Of a DNA stretch of 15,273 nt, positions 6,094 through 13,194 are shown one piece after another. Origin of the DNA: Thermoproteota archaeon (GTDB lineage: Archaea > Korarchaeota > Korarchaeia > Korarchaeales > Korarchaeaceae); assembly GCA_027491415.1 (NCBI GenBank), contig JAOZFH010000040.1:1-15273 (forward strand), in the 5' to 3' direction. The notes beneath the pieces were generated by a model, which saw only the letters and a program-made list of their open reading frames with translations, was not told the DNA's origin and ran no database searches. The first letter of the stretch is position 1, and every line of letters starts with the position of its first letter. The translations under genes and the position numbers were made by a program.

Positions 6094-8854
6094 AATCCAT
6101 TATAGCGTCGAGGAGGGAGATCTCGCTGCCCCCAGACTTTGCGAGGAGGTCCTCGGCGGCTCTGGGAGAGACGCCGGCCGCAAAGGCCAGGACGGCCAGC
6201 CTCCCGTGCGCTTCTACCAGGGCGGCCGTCTTCCTGAGTTCTAAGATTATCCTCCTCATCTTTCGTCGCGACCTAGACTTCAGGGCCTTCTCGGAGAGCG
6301 AGAGGGCCTGCTCCACAACGAGCTCTGGCTCGCGAGAGATGCCGAGGCGACGAGAACCGCACACTGGACACTCCGGCCGCGCGGGGAGTTCGTACGGCTC
6401 CACCTCTTCCACGTAACCCCCGCAGCTCAGGCAGGCCAGGGTGATCCTCTCCGTGAGGAGTCGGACCCTCAGTCTCTCCCTCCTGAGGAGCCTCCTCTTG
6501 TCGGGTGGGATCGACTCGAGCCTGAGCCTCATCCACCGCAGGGCGTCTCTGCAGACTGGGGTGGGCTCAGCCATTCTCCCCAGATTGACGAGTTCCCACT
6601 CTCCCGAGGTCAGGCGGTCGAGCACCTGCCTGGCCTTGGGGATAGACATGTCCCTCTCAAGAACATCCTTGACGGCCTGCCTGTAGACTGGGGTCCCCTC
6701 AAGACTTGCCATCAGCCTGTCCAGCACCGACGGGGTCACCTCGGCGTCCCTCGAGACGACCCCCATCTTCCTTGCGGCCTGAAGGAGCCTGAACCTGAAG
6801 TAGCCGCTCCTCTCTACGGCTGCTTTAAGAGTCTCCTCCACGTCGAGAGGCGGCGACTCGAGGGCCTCAGCCACAGAGTCGGGGGACACCAGGTGACCGG
6901 AGAGGTAGACCCTGTAGGGGTCCTCCGCTACTCCCACCGCCGCCCCCGTCTCCCGGGAGATCGCCTCCGCCAAGTACCTAGCGAGGGCTCTGTTGGCGAG
7001 CGTCCCGGCGTGGACGTGCACCACGACGGTCTCGCCCACGGCCTCGACCACGATCCTCCTGTGCGTGGGCACGGGCAGGACCCTCTCGGCGGTCTCGATA
7101 GTGGGCAGGAGCGCGGGGAAGACCGTTGACTCCGCTACCCCGTACTCCTCCGCGATCGCCCGAGTCACATCACCCCTGGAGCGACCGGAGGCTATCATCT
7201 CCTCAACCCTGGCCCTTATGAGCCCGACCTCCTGGGAGACGGACATGGGTACTGGTATCTCCTCTCCCAACCAGTGTGGGATGGCCCCCTCTGGGTCCGG
7301 GTCCCTGACCACGTAGACCCTATCCCTGAACACCTGAACTATTCTCCAGACCTCTCCAGCCATAATGAACTTGGATCCAGGCTCCCCCCTCTCGGCGACG
7401 AATGGCTCGTCCAAGGTCCCCACGGGCTCCTCGGTGTCCTGATCCACCACGAGGTAGGTCCTGACCTCAGGGATCATCGAGAGGTTCTCGAAGTAGTACG
7501 GATAGAGGGCCGCGAAACCTGGGCCTCTCCTGAAGGAGCCAGACTCTGAGGCGAGAACAGGGCTCCTAGGCAGACTCGCCAAGAACTTGACGAGATCCAT
7601 CAGCTCGCCGGGCTCCGTCCGCCTGTAGTTGTAGGCCCGCCTGATGACCCCAAGCGCCTCCTGGACCGCCCACTCCGGTTTCCACATTAGAAGGGCGACA
7701 AGCTCGTGGAGCAGGGCGTCATAGGGTTTCTCTGGAATCTTGACAGGCTCGAGCCTGTCCTGCAGGGCCCTGCTCCTAACGACCATGGACTCCAGAGCGT
7801 CGTCTGGAGTCATGACAATCACGACGCCCCTGCTGACCTCCCCAACCCTGTGGCCGCTCCTGCCCACCCTCTGTACAAGCCTCGTCGCCTGCCTGGGGCT
7901 CATGTACTGGACCACCAGGTCGACGTGGCCCACGTCTATGCCCAGCTCGAGGGAGCTCGTGGAGACCAGGGACCTCACCTGGCCTTCTCTGAGGGCCTGT
8001 TCGGCCGTTATCCTTGTCCTTGCGGTAAGAGACCCGTGGTGTACCCCCATGGCTAAGCTGGAGTCCCACATCCTCAGCCTGCTGCCGAGCACCTCGGCCA
8101 TCGACCTTGTGTTGGTGAAGATCAGCGTGGTCCTGGCCCCTTCTATGAGTTCTCTTATCCTTCTGAGCCTGGCCGCCACCTCTGGGGAGACGTAAAGCCT
8201 TCCCGCCAGCTTCTCGTCTCGAGGAGTGGGTTTTGGGTACTCGACGCTTACTTCTATGCGCTTCGCCGCAGAGACGTACGCGACGCGGGGGATTGGGGAC
8301 GAGCCCGCAAGGAAGCGGGCTACCTCCTTCGGCGACCCGACGGTCGCCGAAAGTCCCGCAATCTGGGGGTGTCCGCCCGCCAGCACCTTGAGCCGTTCTA
8401 GAGCCAGAGCTAGCTGAGCTCCCCTCTTGCTCTCCGCCAGTTCATGAACCTCATCCACGATCAGGTACTTCACCGAGGTCAGGTGCTGACGGAACTTCCT
8501 CGCCACCAACAGTATCTGGAGCGTCTCTGGCGTTGTAACTAGTATATCGGGCGGCCTGGCCAGCTGAGCCCTCCGCTCTATGTCCGGGGTGTCTCCGTGG
8601 CGAACTCCAACAGTTAAATCAAGGCGAGAGGCCCACCACGATATCCTGAGCATGAGGTCCCGATTCAGAGCCCTTAACGGGGTCACGTAGAGAAGCCGAA
8701 TGCCCCCTGCCCTTGGGTCGTCCATGAGCCTCGACAGCATAGGGAGCAGGGCTGCCTCGGTCTTGCCCGTCCCTGTAGGGGCTATTAGGAGGACGTTCTC
8801 CCCCCTCATGAGTATTGGGATCGCCCTCTCCTGTGGCTCCGTGGGCCTCAACAT
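6050..8854 (-). CDS. lhr: Lhr-family ATP-dependent DNA helicase (SF2) with C-terminal Zn finger
   Basis: Motifs APTGTGKT, PLRALNRD, TTPETL, DEVH, SAT, HHGSL, TSSLELGIDVG, QRVGRSGH, IPHWLGE and C-terminal CLSC..CPVC. Conserved N-terminal sequence probably extends to ~8913-8916 (see findings). The 3' end overlaps the KITE gene by 44 nt. Confidence 0.95.
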   Translation of the reverse strand: MLRPTEPQERAIPILMRGENVLLIAPTGTGKTEAALLPMLSRLMDDPRAGGIRLLYVTPLRALNRDLMLRISWWASRLDLTVGVRHGDTPDIERRAQLARPPDILVTTPETLQILLVARKFRQHLTSVKYLIVDEVHELAESKRGAQLALALERLKVLAGGHPQIAGLSATVGSPKEVARFLAGSSPIPRVAYVSAAKRIEVSVEYPKPTPRDEKLAGRLYVSPEVAARLRRIRELIEGARTTLIFTNTRSMAEVLGSRLRMWDSSLAMGVHHGSLTARTRITAEQALREGQVRSLVSTSSLELGIDVGHVDLVVQYMSPRQATRLVQRVGRSGHRVGEVSRGVVIVMTPDDALESMVVRSRALQDRLEPVKIPEKPYDALLHELVALLMWKPEWAVQEALGVIRRAYNYRRTEPGELMDLVKFLASLPRSPVLASESGSFRRGPGFAALYPYYFENLSMIPEVRTYLVVDQDTEEPVGTLDEPFVAERGEPGSKFIMAGEVWRIVQVFRDRVYVVRDPDPEGAIPHWLGEEIPVPMSVSQEVGLIRARVEEMIASGRSRGDVTRAIAEEYGVAESTVFPALLPTIETAERVLPVPTHRRIVVEAVGETVVVHVHAGTLANRALARYLAEAISRETGAAVGVAEDPYRVYLSGHLVSPDSVAEALESPPLDVEETLKAAVERSGYFRFRLLQAARKMGVVSRDAEVTPSVLDRLMASLEGTPVYRQAVKDVLERDMSIPKARQVLDRLTSGEWELVNLGRMAEPTPVCRDALRWMRLRLESIPPDKRRLLRRERLRVRLLTERITLACLSCGGYVEEVEPYELPARPECPVCGSRRLGISREPELVVEQALSLSEKALKSRSRRKMRRIILELRKTAALVEAHGRLAVLAFAAGVSPRAAEDLLAKSGGSEISLLDAIMDFIARRRRRGTRGGV

Positions 8855-8937
8855 GCCGCGCTCAACGAGGGCCTCCCTGAGGACCTGCGGCAGCTGCCGG
8901 AAGGCCCCCTCAACACCTCCGCCCCTCTGGGCCTTCC

Positions 8938-9756
8938 CTACAGCTTGCTCACCTCCTCGACCCTCGCGCCTAGCTTAATCAGGCCCGTCCTTAAGACCTC
9001 CGCGGCGCGCTCCACGATCCCCCGGGCCTCCTCAACGCTGTCCGCGGACGCCTGGATGTGTATCTTCAGCACGGGCATCGTCAGCTCCCCGCCAGCCGGG
9101 TGGCTCTTCACGTAAACCCTCGGGGAGACCTTCATGGCCCGGTCTATGACCGGCGCGGCCGAGGACTCCGGCACCCCCACGCTCCTGAGGAACTTCTCGG
9201 CGATGTGGATGTGAGGACCCCTCTCCCTCAGGATCGGCTCGACGTGATCCTCGAAGATGGCCTTCATCTCGGCGGGGACTCCTGGAAGCGCGATCGCCAG
9301 GATTCCCCGGTGCTCGAGGAGCATGCCGGGCGCGGTCCCCACCCTGTTTGGGAGTGGCCTGCTGCCTTCCGGTAGCATTGCCATCTTCACCCTGTGCTCT
9401 GTGAGTGGGAGGCCCTTGGCGGAGTACTTCTCCTCTATCATCCTGAGGGCCTCCTCGTTCTTGACCAGGGGGAGGCCGAATGCCCTGGCCATACAGGCCA
9501 CGGTCATGTCGTCAAAGGTGGGCCCCAACCCACCGGTCGATATCACAACGCCGCAATCAAGCTCAATGGCCGTTCTGAAAGCCCACTCGATGTCTCCACA
9601 GATGTCGCGCACCGTCAAGCCCACCTTAACCTCGTAACCTAGGATCGTCAAGCGCCTGGCTAGCCAACTGTGATTTGTGTTAACAGTCTTTCCGATGAGA
9701 AGCTCGTTTCCGACGGATATTAGGGCGACACGCCGGGAGCTGCGGTCTAGCATCAC
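8938..9756 (-). CDS. CinA N-terminal-like / COG1058 molybdopterin-binding-fold protein (probable nucleotide pyrophosphatase)
   Basis: Motifs ISVGNELLIGKTVNTN, TGGLGPTFDDMT, NRVGTAPG, LPGVPAEM and VYVKSHP. GGGGAGG RBS precedes GTG 9756/ATG 9753. There is no C-terminal PncC domain. Confidence 0.92.
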   Translation of the reverse strand: MMLDRSSRRVALISVGNELLIGKTVNTNHSWLARRLTILGYEVKVGLTVRDICGDIEWAFRTAIELDCGVVISTGGLGPTFDDMTVACMARAFGLPLVKNEEALRMIEEKYSAKGLPLTEHRVKMAMLPEGSRPLPNRVGTAPGMLLEHRGILAIALPGVPAEMKAIFEDHVEPILRERGPHIHIAEKFLRSVGVPESSAAPVIDRAMKVSPRVYVKSHPAGGELTMPVLKIHIQASADSVEEARGIVERAAEVLRTGLIKLGARVEEVSKL

Positions 9757-9832
9757 GCTTCCTCCCCTACAAACCCTAAAATTGTTGGAGTGCGCGCGCT
9801 CTGCTCGGCGGATTTGTCAAGAGGGGTAGCCA

Positions 9833-10429
9833 TTGCCGGGCCAGGCCTTGCTGCAGGGACTCATCGCGCTATTTGCCCCTGCGACGCTAGGCTGGCTCGG
9901 CATAATTCACAGGCAGTCTATCTGGGACGTTTCCCCGATACGCAAGACGCTCAAACAGAGGAGTTCTGTCCTCTTAGAGTTCGCCTTCGATCCCAACTAC
10001 GCGGCGCCGCTGCTCCAGCTCGCCGCGAGGATGGCGAGGGACGGCTCTGACGTGATCATGGTCTGCGACAGGAGGAGCATGCTTCTCGGGTCGATAAGAG
10101 AGGGGTGGGGGGACTTCGAGGTATTCACCCTCGGTAACTCGGGCGATGTGAGGCCCGTTGTTAGCGAGCATCGTCGCCTTGCGAGCGAACTCAACGGCAG
10201 GGGCTCCAGTCTACTGATCTACGACAGCGTAACAGCTCTTGTTCAAATGGTCGGTCACAAGGAGGCGTACCTACTGATAAGGACGCTTTTAGAGTCTCTT
10301 GAGGGGGAGAGCCGGGTGGTGTTTGTGGTATTCCCTTGGGCTCACGAGCACTGGGAGGTGGCTCGATTTCGGGCACTCGTCCCGGACGTTTTCGTAGCAG
10401 TCGCCGGCAAGATACTCAGGATTGAGTAA
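9833..10429 (+). CDS. Degenerate RecA/KaiC-fold protein (DUF835-like) with N-terminal hydrophobic segment
   Basis: TTG start after GAGGGG; hydrophobic LLQGLIALFAPATLGWLGII; Walker-B-like LLIYDSVTALVQMVG..AYLLIRTL; no Walker A. Confidence 0.6.
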   Translation: MPGQALLQGLIALFAPATLGWLGIIHRQSIWDVSPIRKTLKQRSSVLLEFAFDPNYAAPLLQLAARMARDGSDVIMVCDRRSMLLGSIREGWGDFEVFTLGNSGDVRPVVSEHRRLASELNGRGSSLLIYDSVTALVQMVGHKEAYLLIRTLLESLEGESRVVFVVFPWAHEHWEVARFRALVPDVFVAVAGKILRIE

Positions 10430-11699
10430 TGAGTCCTAGCAGCTTCAGGGCCCTAGGGAGCATCTCGTGCCCCCTCTCTATCACGCCAAGCCTGCCGCGG
10501 GAGCAGGATACTTCGTCAAACTTGGCCACCTCATCGGGCGGCACGCCCGGACCCGCGACGCATGTTGGAACGGGATCGTCCGTGTGCGCCTTCGCCCAAC
10601 ACGGCGTGGCGTGATCCGACGTGACCAGGACTGCTAGCTCCTCTCCCAGCCCATGATCCTCTATCATTGGCCTGACGAACATCTCGTCAATCACCTCGAT
10701 TGCTTCGACCTTGGCCCGCATGTTTCCATCGTGTCCCGGCTCATCCGGCCCCTTGAGGTGCACGTAAGCGACGTCTACGCTTCTGAGAAGCCGTATAGAC
10801 GCTTCTAGCCTCGTGGGAATGTCGCTTCTGAGGCTTCCCGAGGGCGGGGGGACCTCCTCGAGTCGCATGCCCAGGAGGCGCGCTATCCCGATCTCAACGG
10901 GCATCTCGGCAACGGCGCCAAATGATAGGCCGTACTTCTCTGAGATGGGTTCTACCGGCGGAAGACGCGCCCCTGCATCTCTGAGCAGAATGGCGTTGGC
11001 GGGCAGCTTGCCTTCCAGCCTCCTTCTCTCATTGACAGGGTGTCTATCCAAGAGCTCGACCGCCCTCTCGGTAAACTCGTTCACCAAGGAGGCCGTCAAT
11101 CTCGCCTCCGGCGAGGAGTCCATCGGATCGCATCGAGTCAACCTCATGTCTGGGTTGGACACGGCGACGCTTATGAGTCCCTTGCGTCGATAGGCCGGAT
11201 CTGTGTTGTCTACCATCTCAGAGAGCCGGCCCCCCTCCACCCCTATGACGACGACCGCTCTGTGGCCAACGGTGGCTTTGACTCTGACGTAGGAGCCCGG
11301 AACACTGAGACGCATTCCGTCCAGCGCCGAAGCCAGTTCACGAGATTCCTCCGTTGTTAAGCTCCTTCCCACCCTCCGATCAATTATCCTAAGAGTCTCG
11401 GGCTCGATCGTTGCGAAGTTTGCTCTGAACGCGACTTCACCCTCTCGAAGGATGATGCCGGCGCCCGCTGCCTCTATTGGGCCTCTGCCAGTGTAGTACC
11501 TGTGTGGATCGTAGCCCAAGATGGACAGGACCGCCGCGTCGCTCTCGGGCGCCACCCCTCTGGCAATCGTGTAGGTCATTCCACACGCGCCTATCTCGGC
11601 TATGTGATCCAGGCCCGGCTTATGGGCCGTTAGGAGGGCCGTATCTCTACCTGCCGTCCCAGCCGCGCCATCCAAGACTAGATAGAGGAGTTTTACCAA
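10416..11699 (-). CDS. apgM: 2,3-bisphosphoglycerate-independent phosphoglycerate mutase (archaeal type)
   Basis: Motifs LVLDG, PESDAAVLSILGYDP..YTGRGPIEAAG, AFRANFAT, DRRVGR, PANAILLRDAG, HLKGPDEPGHDG and TSDHATP..HTDDPVP. TTG 11699 has a GGGAGG RBS and is preferred over the ORF-track start at 11729. Confidence 0.95.
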   Translation of the reverse strand: MVKLLYLVLDGAAGTAGRDTALLTAHKPGLDHIAEIGACGMTYTIARGVAPESDAAVLSILGYDPHRYYTGRGPIEAAGAGIILREGEVAFRANFATIEPETLRIIDRRVGRSLTTEESRELASALDGMRLSVPGSYVRVKATVGHRAVVVIGVEGGRLSEMVDNTDPAYRRKGLISVAVSNPDMRLTRCDPMDSSPEARLTASLVNEFTERAVELLDRHPVNERRRLEGKLPANAILLRDAGARLPPVEPISEKYGLSFGAVAEMPVEIGIARLLGMRLEEVPPPSGSLRSDIPTRLEASIRLLRSVDVAYVHLKGPDEPGHDGNMRAKVEAIEVIDEMFVRPMIEDHGLGEELAVLVTSDHATPCWAKAHTDDPVPTCVAGPGVPPDEVAKFDEVSCSRGRLGVIERGHEMLPRALKLLGLITQS

Positions 11700-11732
11700 G
11701 GAATCAAAACCTCCCGCTGGCGAGCCCAAAAC

Positions 11733-11751
11733 CGGGGCAAGTTAAAATTAT
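11733..11751. promoter_or_regulatory. Putative bidirectional TATA/BRE element between apgM and the CdvA-like gene
   Basis: CGGGGCAAGTTAAAATTAT reads TTAAAA on + and ATTTTAAC on -. It is the only AT-rich tract in the divergent gap. Confidence 0.55.
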
Positions 11752-11781
11752 TCGGCGGTCAAAGGACGTGGCTGGTGAAGA

Positions 11782-12585
11782 ATGGAGGGTAGCGACCTCG
11801 ATGAGCAGCAGGTGAAAAAGGCCCTCCTGAAGCTCAGCGAAAAGTATCTGCTAGGCGACATTGAGAAGGACGAGTACGAGTCCCTGAAGGCTAAGCTTGA
11901 GTCGGCCCTCAGCCTGATCAGGCTGAGGGAAAATCTTGAGAGAGGAGAGATTGGGCTGGACGAGTATGAGGCCGTTGCGGCTGAGCTGGAGAAGAAGACT
12001 GAGGGGGTAGAGGATGTCGTGGCGGAGCTGCTGAGGGAGGAGACCGAGCAGCCTGCTCCAAAGCCCATTGCAGAGTCGCCGAGCGCCGAATCTCCCGCCC
12101 CCATTCCAGTCAGAGTTGACGTCCAGCCTAGGGGCATCGCGGCCCCGCCGGAGGCTCCGGGAAAGGGAGTCCCCGAAGAGGAGGTCAAGGGACTCCTGGA
12201 CGTGGTTCAGGATATGCTTTCACAGCTGGAGGATCTCGATTTCAAGAGGAAGAAGCTCAGAGACCTTCTAGTGAAGGGAGAAATATCGGATGACACGTTC
12301 GTCGACCTCTATCAAGACCTCAGAAGCCTTAGAGAGGAATTGATAAAGAGGCTGGAGGAGAAGAGGTCAGAGCTTGAAGAAGAGCTCGTGGAGTCCAAGA
12401 AGGCCATTAGAGAGATGGAGCGGGAGCTGGAGGTGCTCCGCGCCAAGGCGGCGCTGGGTCAAATATCAGACATTGAGTACGAAACAAGGAGAGAAAAGAT
12501 TGAGGAGAGTCTGACTCGACTTCGGGCGAATATGGAGACCGTTCAGAAGGCCCTCTCGATAATGGGGGTAGGAGAGGGAGAGTGA
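11782..12585 (+). CDS. CdvA-like coiled-coil protein with four SHOCT-like 'G-x-I-x-x-x-x-Y/F' helical hairpin motifs
   Basis: GGTGA RBS. Repeats: LLGDIEKDEY, ERGEIGLDEY, VKGEISDDTF and ALGQISDIEY. A Pro-rich linker (QPAPKP..PAPIPV..PPEAPG) separates the pairs. By my recollection the C-terminal ~110 aa match the pattern of the CdvA coiled-coil domain. No PRC barrel. Confidence 0.6.
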   Translation: MEGSDLDEQQVKKALLKLSEKYLLGDIEKDEYESLKAKLESALSLIRLRENLERGEIGLDEYEAVAAELEKKTEGVEDVVAELLREETEQPAPKPIAESPSAESPAPIPVRVDVQPRGIAAPPEAPGKGVPEEEVKGLLDVVQDMLSQLEDLDFKRKKLRDLLVKGEISDDTFVDLYQDLRSLREELIKRLEEKRSELEEELVESKKAIREMERELEVLRAKAALGQISDIEYETRREKIEESLTRLRANMETVQKALSIMGVGEGE

Positions 12586-12614
12586 CTCGATCACCGCGAT
12601 AGCTATGGTGGCCT

Positions 12615-12641
12615 GGAGAGAGAAGGGAAGAAAAAGAGGGG
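12615..12641 (-). terminator. Putative archaeal pyrimidine/oligo-T terminator of the histone gene
   Basis: An uninterrupted 27-nt pyrimidine tract on the - strand (CCCCTCTTTTTCTTCCCTTCTCTCTCC), starting 19 nt after the histone stop codon. Confidence 0.6.
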
Positions 12642-12659
12642 TAGAGGCTGCAGGCTCGC

Positions 12660-12887
12660 CTACTTCTTGGACTTCTTCCAAATGGCCTGGATGGCTAGGT
12701 CGATGTCATCGGCGGTTACAGTCTTCCTTCCAGCGTGTCGGGCGAGTTCAGCAGCCTGCTTGGCAACTTCAACGCCAAACTTCTCAAGATGGTAGACGAG
12801 CGTCTCCGTTGCAGACTCGCTAACCCTCTCGGCGCCAGCCTCCTTGATTATCCTCGCAACAGGCGCCTTAGGTAGGTACCTTGGCAT
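12660..12887 (-). CDS. Archaeal histone (HMf family), 75 aa
   Basis: MPRYLPKAPVARIIKEAGAERVSESA..AAELARHAGRKTVTADDIDLA is a classic archaeal histone fold. ATG 12887 has an AGGTGA RBS. The longer 114-aa ORF-track version is spurious. Confidence 0.97.
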   Translation of the reverse strand: MPRYLPKAPVARIIKEAGAERVSESATETLVYHLEKFGVEVAKQAAELARHAGRKTVTADDIDLAIQAIWKKSKK

Positions 12888-12920
12888 GCTTTCACCTGTC
12901 GGAATCTGGTCGTGTATAGG

Positions 12921-12935
12921 ATAAAAGTTTACCGG
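12921..12935 (-). promoter_or_regulatory. Putative BRE-TATA promoter of the histone gene
   Basis: The - strand reads CCGGTAAACTTTTAT, with the TATA-like element ending ~34 nt upstream of ATG 12887. This leaves room for a short RBS-containing leader. Confidence 0.6.
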
Positions 12936-13138
12936 TTCGTCGCCGAACTCCTCGGCAGAATGAGCCGCCGCAGAGCCCGATTCGCCTTGGTAGGAGCCTC
13001 TCAACGCATTAGAAGTCTGTTAAGAATACTTACGAAACAAAGCAATCTTGGGGTATTTTAAATTAGTTCACGTTAAGTTGGTGTATTGGAACAAACAGTT
13101 GATGCCGTATTCAGCACTTTTCCATTCGTCTGAATCAC

Positions 13139-13144
13139 TTTATA
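13139..13144 (+). promoter_or_regulatory. Possible TATA box of the RDD-SpoIIM gene
   Basis: TTTATA about 50 nt upstream of ATG 13195, at the edge of an AT-rich island. Confidence 0.45.
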
Positions 13145-13194
13145 CCCCTCCGGATCTCGGATCTGCCTGTAGCAGGGGGCGGGTGAATCCGCGC

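Noticed and set aside
12888-13004. Apparent 39-aa N-terminal histone tail in the ORF track
   Set aside because: The extension runs through the TATA box and RBS of ATG 12887 and is acidic rather than tail-like.
13048-13194. 49-aa N-terminal extension of the RDD-SpoIIM ORF
   Set aside because: It lies in AT-rich intergenic DNA with atypical codon use. ATG 13195 has a good RBS and directly precedes the RDD domain.
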